Shown here: positions 30,383 to 40,045 of the stretch, in pieces
Layout: the number at the start of each line of letters is the position of its first letter
Numbering within the stretch: position 1 is the first letter of the stretch
Source of the DNA: Terriglobia bacterium
GTDB taxonomy: Bacteria; Acidobacteriota; Terriglobia; 20CM-2-55-15
DNA length: 64,000 nt
NCBI GenBank assembly: GCA_963664115.2
Contig: CAXWPJ010000002.1
Span: forward strand, 928,001 to 992,000
Direction: 5' to 3'
Notes under the pieces: model-generated
Seen by the model: the letters and a program-made list of their open reading frames with translations, nothing else
Told to the model about the DNA's origin: nothing
Database searches by the model: none
Made by a program: the position numbers and the translations under genes

Positions 30383-31017
30383 GTCGTGGCCGAAACATGA
30401 GCAGGACCCGATTCCTGAAGTGGGTCGTGAAGCCCACCGTTTTCTTGCTCTGCTTTTTACCGCTACCCCTTCTCGCCTGGAATTTTTTTGCCGGGAACCT
30501 CAGCTTTAACCCAGTCGAAGACATTACACACACAACGGGTCGCTGGGCGCTGCGCTTTCTTTTAGCCACGCTTGCCATCAGTCCCGTTCGGCGGATTACA
30601 GGGTTCAAGGAACTCATTCGATTTCGGCGCATGCTCGGCCTCTTCGCTTTTTTCTATGCCGTGGCGCACTTCACGATTTACATCTGGCTGGACCACTTCT
30701 TCGACATGGTTGCCGTTTTCGCGGATATCCCCGAGCGGCCCTTCATCACAGCGGGCTTTACCGCTTTCGTCATAATGATCCCGCTAGCGGTAACTTCCAC
30801 AAAGAAATGGATAGTCCGACTCGGAGGCCGACGCTGGCGCCTGATACATCAGCTGATTTACGTGAGTGTCATCGCCGGTGTGCTTCACTATCTGTGGATC
30901 GGTAAAGTAATCGAGCTTGCACCGGCAGGATATGTGGGTTCGTTCGCAATCCTCATGGGCTTTCGCCTTCTCGCCCGATTTCGCCCGGACTTGGTGGCGC
31001 GCATCGTGCGCAATTAA
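30379..31017 (+). CDS. msrQ: Protein-methionine-sulfoxide reductase heme-binding subunit
   Basis: TGRWAL, RRMLGL..FFY..H and W..IH..IY; follows msrP. Confidence 0.95.
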   Translation: MSRGRNMSRTRFLKWVVKPTVFLLCFLPLPLLAWNFFAGNLSFNPVEDITHTTGRWALRFLLATLAISPVRRITGFKELIRFRRMLGLFAFFYAVAHFTIYIWLDHFFDMVAVFADIPERPFITAGFTAFVIMIPLAVTSTKKWIVRLGGRRWRLIHQLIYVSVIAGVLHYLWIGKVIELAPAGYVGSFAILMGFRLLARFRPDLVARIVRN

Positions 31018-31047
31018 AGCCGGGCGACTCCCAGCGCCTGAACCTCT

Positions 31048-31770
31048 ATGCCCGTCGCAAAGCAGTCACAGCCACCACCAGGCGGGGGACGTTACAAGTA
31101 CTACGACCTGGTTATGGCGGCGTTCGTCACCATCCTGATTTGTTCCAACGTTATTGGCGCGGCAAAGGTCGCCTCGATCGGGGGCTTCACGTTTGGAGCC
31201 GGCGTCCTGTTCTTTCCAATCAGCTATATCTTTAATGACGTGCTGACGGAGGTGTACGGATACGCCCGTGCGCGTAAGGTGGTATGGGCTGGTTTCGGGG
31301 CCCTCCTATTCGCCTCGATCATGAGTTTCGTCGTCGTCTGGCTTCCACCGGCAATCGACTGGCCCGACCAGCCGGCCTACCAGACCGTTTTTGGTCAAAC
31401 GCCTCGAATCGTATTTGCCTCGATCACGGCGTTTTTTGTGGGAGAGCTTGCGAACTCGTACGTACTCGCGAAAATGAAAATTCAAACCGAGGGGCGCTAT
31501 CTCTGGTTTCGTACGATAGGCTCCACGATAGTCGGTGAGGGAGTGGATTCAGCCGTTTTCTATCCGGTCGCGTTCTCTAGGGTCTGGTCCAACGACCTGT
31601 TGGTCCAGGTTCTTGTGTCAAACTACGATAGGCTCCACGTGATAAAGGTAGTTTGGGAGGCGATGGTCACACCGTTCACCTATAAGATTATCGGCTTCCT
31701 GAAAAAGGCCGAACACGAAGACTATTACGACCACGATACCAACTTCACGCCCTTCTCGATTAGAGTTTAG
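31048..31770 (+). CDS. Queuosine precursor transporter (YhhQ/Vut_1)
   Basis: FPISYI.NDVLTEVYG, RIVFAS and RTIGSTIVGE.VDS. Confidence 0.9.
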   Translation: MPVAKQSQPPPGGGRYKYYDLVMAAFVTILICSNVIGAAKVASIGGFTFGAGVLFFPISYIFNDVLTEVYGYARARKVVWAGFGALLFASIMSFVVVWLPPAIDWPDQPAYQTVFGQTPRIVFASITAFFVGELANSYVLAKMKIQTEGRYLWFRTIGSTIVGEGVDSAVFYPVAFSRVWSNDLLVQVLVSNYDRLHVIKVVWEAMVTPFTYKIIGFLKKAEHEDYYDHDTNFTPFSIRV

Positions 31771-31789
31771 GGAACGGACACTCACTAGT

Positions 31790-33637
31790 CCCAAAACAAG
31801 CGCATAACCAGTCCGCCGAGGCCCAGTTCGCGCCGATAGAATTCGAGGCATAGAATCCCGTTCCCGGATGGCCTGTTCCAGGTATCGAGTTTCTGTTGAA
31901 TCTGTTTCAGTTCAGCCTCGCTGGTGTTGGACGGTTGACAGAAACCGGGACCTCGATCGCCCGGGCTCAGAGTCATGATCGGGTCAACATCGCAGAGGCT
32001 GACGCAACACATCCACCCCGCGGAACAAGACCGGCAACCACCGGTTCCAGGCCAGGATCCGGAACAGAATGCGCCGCCCGGTGCGCACGAGTTGGCACGG
32101 CACAAGCATGAAAGCGTTCAAGAAGGTTTTGAACTCCATGCGCAGCACGGTTTGCTTCTCAGCCTGATATTTTTGGCCCCAACGTCCGGTTTCGGGAAGC
32201 AGCAATGCAAACCACGCTTTCAGTGTCCAGGCCAGTGACGCGATCACCATGTAGGCCCAGTTGCTGGTCTGATCTCCGACCGGCATCCGCAACGCCTGAA
32301 CGCCGTTCTTCAACTGCTCAATGAGATTCTCCTGATTGCACCGTTGATTGGCACGCATCACAATCTGGTCGGCCGGATCCGAACGGTTGGTAATGTAGAA
32401 GAAGTACCGGATGTCGTCAAACAACACCTGCTCTCCTTTGGCCACCGACAGATTCTTCCGCACCACGACGACACGGTAGTCCCGATCGCAGGCTCCGGGT
32501 CGATACCGAAACTCGGCCACATCCTCACCCTGCAAGCGGATATTGTCGAAACCGCGCTGCCGAACGATCTCTTCCTTCACGTTGTCGGGACGTTGGCGCG
32601 GTTCGGTCGCCACGTCGTATTTCGCGGGCCGTTCCAGGCGCTTCCACTGGCGCGGCTCCAGTTCATCGGCCCGGGCCTTCAGGTTCGCCATCGCGTCAAT
32701 CCCGAATATGAAACCCACCTGCTGGTCGTCCCATCCGTCCAGATGCCGGGTCTGGCTGAAGTCCGTGTCCCCGCGCAGCAGGATCTGGCGAAACCCCGCA
32801 TGCCGGCACAATGCGATGGCTTGGTCGAACCGGACCGCGGCTCCTTCATGCGACGGCCGGTTGCCGCTACGATTGACCAGATACAGCGGTTCGGCGGTGT
32901 TGGCCAGCGAGATCATCAGCGGGTGATATCCCCACGTCCCGTCGTAGGCCACGTCCATCCCTTGCTTGCATTCCCCCGTGGTTTCGGCCAGTGTCCCGTC
33001 CGCGTCCAACACCGCTTCTTCGAAAAACGCCGCCGGTTGCTGTCGCCAGACTCCGAGCCGGACTTGATTGGTTGCCTCCATCAGACACTCCACGTCGTCG
33101 GCCTCGAATCTCCGGCAGAAGTCTCCCGCCGTCGTCGGATCCGGAATCCGTTGCGCTCCCAGCGCATCCAGATACACCGCATCGTTGCGCCGCAGTTCGA
33201 TGTCTTCCAGGCACGTTCCTCCGCTCAAGGCGTTGTAGGCGATGTTCAGCACGTGATCCGACTCGTGATACGGCAGGTGCCGCTTCAACACATGCACGCC
33301 CTTGTCGATGGCTTCGATCAGCCCGGTCCGCCGCGCCACCAGTTGCATCGTCCCGATATCACCAACCGATGTGCCCCGCGTCCGCTCTCCCATCTCGTAC
33401 TGAATGTTGCTCGCCGAAAACATCGGCTCTACCTGATCCGTCCAATGCCGGTCCCCAAGCCGACGTTCGATTCGCCGCTTGCGGTTCCTCATGTTCTTGC
33501 GCGTATAATCGTTCATCTGAAATGCCTCCTTTTCCGAAGAATCTGTTCAAGGTTTTTTTCGCACGGAGAGGGGGCATTTCGGGTACTTCCGCTCTTATTG
33601 CACTATCATTTCCTCGTCAATCACGCTTGTTCAGGGT
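31790..33637 (-). mobile_element. IS1380-family insertion sequence, copy 1 (1848 bp)
   Basis: Ends ACCCTGAACAAGCG / CCCAAAACAAGCG; flanked by CTAGT at 31785-31789 and 33638-33642; near-identical to 53091-54938. Confidence 0.93.
31984..33516 (-). CDS. IS1380-family DDE transposase
   Basis: LDADGT, GYHPL, LRGDTDF and RCNQENLIEQLKNG. Confidence 0.93.
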   Translation of the reverse strand: MNDYTRKNMRNRKRRIERRLGDRHWTDQVEPMFSASNIQYEMGERTRGTSVGDIGTMQLVARRTGLIEAIDKGVHVLKRHLPYHESDHVLNIAYNALSGGTCLEDIELRRNDAVYLDALGAQRIPDPTTAGDFCRRFEADDVECLMEATNQVRLGVWRQQPAAFFEEAVLDADGTLAETTGECKQGMDVAYDGTWGYHPLMISLANTAEPLYLVNRSGNRPSHEGAAVRFDQAIALCRHAGFRQILLRGDTDFSQTRHLDGWDDQQVGFIFGIDAMANLKARADELEPRQWKRLERPAKYDVATEPRQRPDNVKEEIVRQRGFDNIRLQGEDVAEFRYRPGACDRDYRVVVVRKNLSVAKGEQVLFDDIRYFFYITNRSDPADQIVMRANQRCNQENLIEQLKNGVQALRMPVGDQTSNWAYMVIASLAWTLKAWFALLLPETGRWGQKYQAEKQTVLRMEFKTFLNAFMLVPCQLVRTGRRILFRILAWNRWLPVLFRGVDVLRQPLRC

Positions 33638-34138
33638 CTAGTTCGTTCTGTAATTCGTAAACTCGATGTTTATTCCAAAGTCATCTTCCTTGATCAGCGC
33701 GATAACCTCCTGGAGAGCATCGCGGCTCTTGCCACTGACGCGTATAAGATCCTCTTGAATGGACGCCTGTACCTTGATCTTGCTCTGCTTTATCTTCTTG
33801 ACGATCTCGCGGCACTTCTCGATAGGAATCCCGTTCTGTATCGCGATCTCCTGGCGAACTGTCGATCCGGCAGCCGGCTGAACTTCACGTGGAGTGAGCC
33901 CCTTCAAGGGAACTTTTCGCCGGACCAGTTTCTGTTCGAGCACGTCGTAGACTGCTTTCAGCTTGTAGTCATCAACACTGACTAAAACGAGTTTGTGCTC
34001 CTTCTGGTCCAACTCGATGGTCGAGCCGGACCCTTTCAGGTCAAAGCGGTTGGCCACTTCTTTTCTCGCTTGTCCGACGGCGTTGAGCACTTCTTCAAGA
34101 TCGACTTTGGAAACGATGTCAAAGGTATTGCTAGCCAT
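33638..34138 (-). CDS. yajQ: YajQ-family nucleotide (c-di-GMP)-binding protein
   Basis: FDIVSKVD, RFDLKG, RVSGKSRD.LQ and FTNYR. Confidence 0.95.
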   Translation of the reverse strand: MASNTFDIVSKVDLEEVLNAVGQARKEVANRFDLKGSGSTIELDQKEHKLVLVSVDDYKLKAVYDVLEQKLVRRKVPLKGLTPREVQPAAGSTVRQEIAIQNGIPIEKCREIVKKIKQSKIKVQASIQEDLIRVSGKSRDALQEVIALIKEDDFGINIEFTNYRTN

Positions 34139-34219
34139 GGTGGAGTCTTTACTTTTGGATGTGAATCCGGAATATAGAAAAGAGGCCTTGGGAGGCCCCT
34201 CTGTAAGTGGGTTTCAGGA

Positions 34220-34660
34220 TCAGAATGGAATGTCGTCGTCGGTGATCGCAACAGCTTCCGCGGCCGGTTTTTCAGCTTCCGCGGCCGGTTTTTCAGCTTC
34301 GCGGCGGGCGCCGTCCCCACCGCCCGGGGACCCCAGCAAAACCATGTCCCGGGCTCGGATATCGAAGGATGTGCGTTTGTTGCCTTCCTTATCTTCCCAC
34401 TGGCGTGAAGAAATGCTCCCTTCGATGTATACCATCCGTCCCTTCGCCAGATATTGCCCGCAAATCTCAGCCAACCGTTCCCAGGCGACGATGTTGTGCC
34501 ACTCCGTGCGCTCCTGACGTTCTCCCGAATTGCGGTCGGTCCAGGAGTCGTCCGTCGCCATGGAGAAGCGGCAATAAGCGGTACCGCTCGCGGTGTACTT
34601 CAGTTCAGGGTCGCGACCCAGACGTCCGATCAAGGTCACTTTGTTTACAGATTTAGCCAT
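34220..34660 (-). CDS. ssb: Single-stranded DNA-binding protein
   Basis: VNKVTLIGRLGRDPE, TEWH and C-terminal DDIPF. Confidence 0.97.
   Translation of the reverse strand: MAKSVNKVTLIGRLGRDPELKYTASGTAYCRFSMATDDSWTDRNSGERQERTEWHNIVAWERLAEICGQYLAKGRMVYIEGSISSRQWEDKEGNKRTSFDIRARDMVLLGSPGGGDGARREAEKPAAEAEKPAAEAVAITDDDIPF
34252..34300. repeat. 21-bp tandem repeat (2.3 copies) in the ssb linker
   Basis: CAGCTTCCGCGGCCGGTTTTT x2 plus CAGCTTC; encodes EAEKPAA twice. Confidence 0.9.
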
Positions 34661-34696
34661 AGCTACTCCTCGTCTCGCCCGAACCGTAGCATGTTG

Positions 34697-35482
34697 TTAT
34701 TGACCGGCAAGCGAGTCGATCTCCTGCGCGGCACTGACCGCTTCGCTGCTGTCGGGATAGTCTGAAACTACCTGACGGAGAAACGTCAACGCATCCTGAG
34801 TCTGGTTCATCGCGGAGAGGGCAAGACCTTTCTTGAACAGGGCAGTAACAGTTTTATCGCTCTCCGGGTACTTCTGCAAGAGAAAATCATATTCAATAAT
34901 GGCCTGCTCGAAAGCTTCCTGATTGAAGTAAGCATCTCCAATATAGAGCTGGGCCTCTGAGGCACGTGGACTTGTGGAAAAAGTGTCTATAAACTCTCTG
35001 AACCCCTCGATCGCCAGCTCGTAGTTACCGGCCAGCAGGTCCGCAAAGGCCAGCCGCATCAATCCTTCTGGAGATTCCAGCTCTGTAGTTGTGGTGTTTA
35101 ATGTGGTCAGTTGCTGGGAAACAGAGTTCATTTCCCCGCGAATGTCCGCGAGGGTTCGATCCATGATCTCGACATCATCACCAAGATTGGAGACCAGTAA
35201 CCGCATCTCACCGCTCAATCGATCGGTACCGGCCCTCATGTCGTCGATAGAGTCCGATATGCGCTCTACCGCGTCAGCAAGCGGAACGACGCGATCGAAG
35301 AGCTGCTCGACAAGTCCCTGCAGTGTGGTGTTGCGATCGTCCAGGCTGTTTTGAATTTCTGCAACCTGCTGTGTCAAGCGGATGATGTCAGCCTGCAACT
35401 GGATAATTTCCTGTCGCTGACCGTAGGACACGCCGGATGACAACAACGCAAAAACAGCGACGAAAAGCAGCTTCCTCATCAT
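34697..35482 (-). CDS. cpoB: Tol-Pal system protein CpoB/YbgF
   Basis: Signal peptide, coiled coil and TPR repeats; directly downstream of pal. Confidence 0.85.
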   Translation of the reverse strand: MMRKLLFVAVFALLSSGVSYGQRQEIIQLQADIIRLTQQVAEIQNSLDDRNTTLQGLVEQLFDRVVPLADAVERISDSIDDMRAGTDRLSGEMRLLVSNLGDDVEIMDRTLADIRGEMNSVSQQLTTLNTTTTELESPEGLMRLAFADLLAGNYELAIEGFREFIDTFSTSPRASEAQLYIGDAYFNQEAFEQAIIEYDFLLQKYPESDKTVTALFKKGLALSAMNQTQDALTFLRQVVSDYPDSSEAVSAAQEIDSLAGQ

Positions 35483-35554
35483 ATGCTCCTCGAAGGAACG
35501 GAACCGGCACGGAGCCGGTCCCATACAAAGGTCGGAATTTGAACAGCGGGCGTG

Positions 35555-36391
35555 CTAACGCAGGACGAATTCAACGCGGCGATTCCGCTGGTAGCAGCCT
35601 TCGGTCGCATCCGTGCATGTCGGACGGTCCTCTCCGAAGCTCACCGTATTGATTCTTCCCTGAGCAATACCCTGCTCAATCAAATATTGCCGAACGGCAT
35701 TCGCACGACGGTCACCCAGCCCAATGTTGTATTCCTGACTACCCCGGTCATCGGCATGGCCACTGGCCGTGAACTGAACGCCTCCATTTTGCGCAAGGAA
35801 GCGGACGTTGCTCTGCAGTTGACTCACTTGATCGGGACGAAGTTCCGCCTGGTCATAGTCGAAATAGATGGGCTGAACGGTCGTGTTGAAAAGCTCCTCA
35901 ACCGTCGGTTCCGGACTATCCGGAACGGGTGGAGCGGCGGGTGGCGGCGCGGCGTTGACGGTGACACGGACAGTATCGGTCGACGTGCCTCCCGGGCCCA
36001 TCGCCGTTGCTGTGTAGGTCACCGAAGAATTCGGGCTGATGGAACGCGTACCCGACGCTGGAACCCCACCGATCCCAGGTTCGATTCGTACGGTGTTCGA
36101 ATTACGCGCTGACCACTCCAAAGTGGTCGACTCACCCTGTTCAATCGATGCGGGTGCAGCGCTGAGGGTCACCGCCGGAGCCGGAGGAGGCGGTGGCGGA
36201 GCAGCCTCTTCAGCTGGAGGTGGTGGCGGCGCAGTGGCGGCTCTCCCGCAGGAGAACGAAAACAAACCCACCAATACGAGGAGGACGGCATACTTCGAAG
36301 GTAAACCGCACCGCCCGCTCTTACCGCTTTGGGCGGCCCCACCGACTCGGAAGTCGGATCTACCAATTCCGGATGGCTTTCCAAGTTTCAT
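35555..36391 (-). CDS. pal: Peptidoglycan-associated lipoprotein Pal with an extra Ig-like domain
   Basis: Lipobox FSFSC; OmpA domain IYFDYD, GHADDRGS.EYN..LG.RRA and NRR. Confidence 0.9.
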   Translation of the reverse strand: MKLGKPSGIGRSDFRVGGAAQSGKSGRCGLPSKYAVLLVLVGLFSFSCGRAATAPPPPPAEEAAPPPPPPAPAVTLSAAPASIEQGESTTLEWSARNSNTVRIEPGIGGVPASGTRSISPNSSVTYTATAMGPGGTSTDTVRVTVNAAPPPAAPPVPDSPEPTVEELFNTTVQPIYFDYDQAELRPDQVSQLQSNVRFLAQNGGVQFTASGHADDRGSQEYNIGLGDRRANAVRQYLIEQGIAQGRINTVSFGEDRPTCTDATEGCYQRNRRVEFVLR

Positions 36392-36445
36392 TGGTACAAG
36401 TCTCCTTGTGATCTCACTTGTGATCTCGTTTGAGAAAATCGACGC

Positions 36446-37825
36446 TCATTGTCCCATGTAACCAGACCATGAGGGATTTACATTGTTTCCCTGGCTTGTC
36501 AATCGTCTCACTTTTGTTCCGTCAGCCAACATCGAATATATCTGCCGGGAACCGCCGCGGCTGGATTCAAACACCAGATGTCGGCCATCGGGCGACCAAC
36601 TCGGACTCTCATTGTTGCCCACACCGCGGGTTAACTGCACGGCTCGATCAGTTACAAGGTCATAAATATATATGTCAAAAGGCGCCCCCCTGCGCTGCCA
36701 GTGGAACGCGATCGTCAGACCGTCGGGCGACCATGCCGGCCCTCCGGCGTTGCCCCCACCCTCGACAATCCGCCTTACGTTACCACCTTCCGCGTCCATA
36801 ATGTAGAGTTGCGGAGGGCCATTTCGGTCCGATACGAACGCGATCTCCCTGCCAGTGCTCGGATTCCATACCGGAGAAATATCAACGCCTCTCGAATTTG
36901 TCAATCGGCGCCGGTTTTCTCCGCGCACGTCAGACACATATAGTTCCATATCAGGCACGCCACGGACTTCGCCCATACTCGAGGAAAACGCTATGCGATT
37001 GCCGTCGGGTGACCATGCGGGTGTGGTCGTCGTTCCCGATACCGTAGAAAATTGAAATCCACGGCGATCGACGGGCGATATGACCGCGATGTCTGCTTTG
37101 TCGCGGGCATAACTGGTATAGCCTATCATCGTGCCATCGGGAGACCAGCTCGGCGTGACAGCCAGCGACCGCAGGGTCGTCAACTGGTAATCGTTGGCCC
37201 CGTCATAGTCCATCACAAAGATTTCCCGGACCACTTCGCCGTCCCCACCGACCCGGTCCGACTCGAAGGCAATCTTCGTCTGCGCCACACCCCGAATGCC
37301 ACCACCCAGGGTCTGGATGATCAAGTCGGCGAATTGATGGGCAATCAAGCGGACAGACCGCTCGTTCAATTCACCGCGATAGCGCCGGCCCTCCAACTCG
37401 CGATCTTCCACGCGGGTTCGCAAATCCCAGAGCCGCGCTTCGAGGACGAACTGGTTCTGGCTGATCGAGGTATTCCCAAACGCCATGAATTGAGCATCGA
37501 CGGCGTTCGAAGTCCACTCGTCGGGATTGATGTCGCCCGGATTTCCGAAAGTTCCGAGCGGATAGAAGTTGGGGCTGATGAGTGAAATGACGCCTGAGAA
37601 ATCGATATCGTTCCAGAGCGTCTCATTGAATGCCGCCGCCAAAGCGGCATTGGCCAGAGCCTCAGGGGACTCCGTATCGGTGGACGTGGATGGGAATTCG
37701 GGCAGCGCCAAGCGGATGGAGGTCGCACCCGTGCGCGTGCCGGTTTCGATTCGCGCTTGCTGGGAAAGCAGTGTTCCCAGCGCCAGGAAAAAAAATAAGG
37801 GGAAAACCCACGCAGTCTTAATCAT
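36446..37825 (-). CDS. tolB: Tol-Pal beta-propeller protein TolB
   Basis: AHQFAD, TKIAF, MDYDGAN and repeated P.WSPDG. Confidence 0.93.
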   Translation of the reverse strand: MIKTAWVFPLFFFLALGTLLSQQARIETGTRTGATSIRLALPEFPSTSTDTESPEALANAALAAAFNETLWNDIDFSGVISLISPNFYPLGTFGNPGDINPDEWTSNAVDAQFMAFGNTSISQNQFVLEARLWDLRTRVEDRELEGRRYRGELNERSVRLIAHQFADLIIQTLGGGIRGVAQTKIAFESDRVGGDGEVVREIFVMDYDGANDYQLTTLRSLAVTPSWSPDGTMIGYTSYARDKADIAVISPVDRRGFQFSTVSGTTTTPAWSPDGNRIAFSSSMGEVRGVPDMELYVSDVRGENRRRLTNSRGVDISPVWNPSTGREIAFVSDRNGPPQLYIMDAEGGNVRRIVEGGGNAGGPAWSPDGLTIAFHWQRRGAPFDIYIYDLVTDRAVQLTRGVGNNESPSWSPDGRHLVFESSRGGSRQIYSMLADGTKVRRLTSQGNNVNPSWSGYMGQ

Positions 37826-38622
37826 CGCCTGTACTCAAACCAGAACCTCACGTTGACGCTCCGGCCTCTGAAGTCTCCTGGCAAAGGTGCCAGGGGATTG
37901 GATGCGAAGATGGCCCGCATCGCCGACCGGTCGAGGGACGGGATCCCGCTGCTCTCTTCGATCTGTTCGTTTATGATCGTTCCGTCACGCAGGATGTCGA
38001 AGCTCACGTAAATTCGCGGCGCCTGGCGCACGTTGCCTGCAATCATGGATTGCAGCCAGTTTTCGGAAACCCTTCGGGTTATCGATTCTACGTAGCGACC
38101 ATAGCGTTCGCCAAACGCGCCATCACCCACCGCAATCGCGCCGGTGCCGTCACCCGCGGCGAACTCGCCGTAGTTAATAGCCGGAAGTCCTCCCTCGCCA
38201 AAAGGCACCGCATTGTCCGGCGTGGAAGGCGGATCGGGCTCGTCGGGCGGCGCAGGCCTCGCAGGGGGCGGGGTCGTTTCCACAGGAGCGAGGGTCTCGG
38301 GCACGGGTTCAGCTTCGGGAGCGGGCACCTCGGTCGCTACCGTCTCTTCGGGAGCGGGGGCGGGCTCGGACTCAAAAAAACCAGCCGACTCGTTGGCGGC
38401 AGCGGTCTCATTCACCACCGCCGGCGCGGGAAGTGGAATTCCTGAGATGTTGGAAACGATCTCCACACTCACACCTTCTCCGCCACCGTCTTCCGATCCC
38501 CAGCCCGCAATTCCGTAAGCAGGGAATACTCCCGGCAATACGAACATGACGATCGCCAACAGAGCGTGCAATCCGGTTGACATGAGCAATCCGCCACCAA
38601 ATTGTTCTGGACTTTTCTTCAT
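37822..38622 (-). CDS. TolA/TonB-family energy transducer
   Basis: TM helix with S..LH; Pro-rich linker; SSG...LDRSA C-terminal domain. Confidence 0.85.
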   Translation of the reverse strand: MKKSPEQFGGGLLMSTGLHALLAIVMFVLPGVFPAYGIAGWGSEDGGGEGVSVEIVSNISGIPLPAPAVVNETAAANESAGFFESEPAPAPEETVATEVPAPEAEPVPETLAPVETTPPPARPAPPDEPDPPSTPDNAVPFGEGGLPAINYGEFAAGDGTGAIAVGDGAFGERYGRYVESITRRVSENWLQSMIAGNVRQAPRIYVSFDILRDGTIINEQIEESSGIPSLDRSAMRAIFASNPLAPLPGDFRGRSVNVRFWFEYRR

Positions 38623-39041
38623 TGTCCGGGTGCATCCAGCGGCTGAGTGACGACGCTGATGTTTTCTATTCCCGCCTGATTCAACCGTTCCATCACGACA
38701 GCAATCGTTCCCCAGGGCACGGATGTATCGGCTCTCAAATAAATGCTTCTGCGGGCGGGGTCAAGAAGACGCGCCTGAATCGCCGGCACCAGCTCGTTGA
38801 TGTTAATCGAATCGCTCTGGAGATACAGTCCCTGTTCGCGATCGATCGAGACAACGAGCCGTTCTTCGGCCAGTTCCTGCACAATTTCGGTCCGCGGAAC
38901 ATTCACTTCGATACCGGACTGGATCACCGGAGCGGTGACCATAAATATGATCATTAATACCAACATTATATCGATAAACGGGATCATGTTGATCTCCGAA
39001 AGTTCGGTTTGTGTCCTGCCGTTACCTGTTGTGAACGCCAT
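38619..39041 (-). CDS. tolR: TolR/ExbD-family protein
   Basis: INMIPFIDIMLVLMIIFMVTAP and LRAD. Confidence 0.9.
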   Translation of the reverse strand: MAFTTGNGRTQTELSEINMIPFIDIMLVLMIIFMVTAPVIQSGIEVNVPRTEIVQELAEERLVVSIDREQGLYLQSDSININELVPAIQARLLDPARRSIYLRADTSVPWGTIAVVMERLNQAGIENISVVTQPLDAPGQ

Positions 39042-39077
39042 CAGCTTACGCTCCCATCACCGATTTGATCGCCGAAA

Positions 39078-39791
39078 CTACGCATCGAGGCCGTTTCTTT
39101 CGGCGATGGCCAACAATTCGGCCTGCAAGTCATCCATCTGGCCCCCCAGGCGCCTGATTTCTGCCACAAACAAATTGTAGGCTACAACCGCCGGTATTGC
39201 TGCAAAAAGGCCGGCTGCGGTCGCGATGAGAGCTTCGGCAATCCCGGGGCCCACCGCGTTCAGCGTCGTCACAGTGTTGTTCCCAAGGCCAGCAAAGGAC
39301 CCCATGACACCCCAAACAGTCCCGAATAGTCCGATGAAGGGTGTCACTGCCGCCGTCGTCGCCAGTAGAATCATCCGGGATTCCAACAGAGACATCTGCG
39401 CCGCCGCCGCACGGTGAAGCACGCGTTCGACCATCGTGATCGTTGCCACTTGTGTCTGCACCGTGTGGCCCGCAGCCGCAGCGGCAGGGTCGATCATCTC
39501 GTACCCCGCTTCAAAAACGGGCATGAGCGGCGTAAACCGCAGCGTTTCGCGTGCGCCACGAATCTCGGGCAAACTCTGTGCTTTCTCGAAGACCTGCCAA
39601 AAGGCTTCCGATTCCTGACGGATTTTTCTGAACAGGAGAAGTTTGGAGAGAATCACAGCCCAGGAGCCGATCGAGAACATCAATAAGATCAACAGGACGA
39701 TGCGTGAAATGAGCCCGGTGGTCCCGAGCAACGCCATAATGTCGGCCCCGCCCTGAAGAATCCACACAGCGGGAAATGCTGGATCGACCAA
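39078..39791 (-). CDS. tolQ: TolQ/ExbB/MotA-family proton channel
   Basis: PFIGLFGTVWG and GIAEALIATAAGL.AAIPA. Confidence 0.92.
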   Translation of the reverse strand: MVDPAFPAVWILQGGADIMALLGTTGLISRIVLLILLMFSIGSWAVILSKLLLFRKIRQESEAFWQVFEKAQSLPEIRGARETLRFTPLMPVFEAGYEMIDPAAAAAGHTVQTQVATITMVERVLHRAAAAQMSLLESRMILLATTAAVTPFIGLFGTVWGVMGSFAGLGNNTVTTLNAVGPGIAEALIATAAGLFAAIPAVVAYNLFVAEIRRLGGQMDDLQAELLAIAERNGLDA

Positions 39792-40045
39792 GTTAGTCCC
39801 TCCTCACCAAGCGGGATGGCTCTCCGGCTTGCTCCACAAAAATAACAGACGCGCCCTCACCAATAAAGAAACCAACTTCCGCTCGAGTGTCCTGCCTAAT
39901 GTGTGGAAAACGAACATGGAGCGGCAGTCCCTGGTCAATCCACACGCTGCTTCGATGCCCCCGAGCTCTAAAGTCTGAACCGGGCGCGTAAGACCCCACC
40001 ATTGGCCATTGAATCCTATGGGTCATTGGCATATAACCGAGCCCT

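Noticed and set aside
32344-33660. 438-aa ORF, and its 489-aa twin at 52915-54384, antisense to the IS1380 transposase
   Set aside because: Shadow frames of a GC-rich gene; they recur only because the IS is duplicated and show no protein-like motifs.
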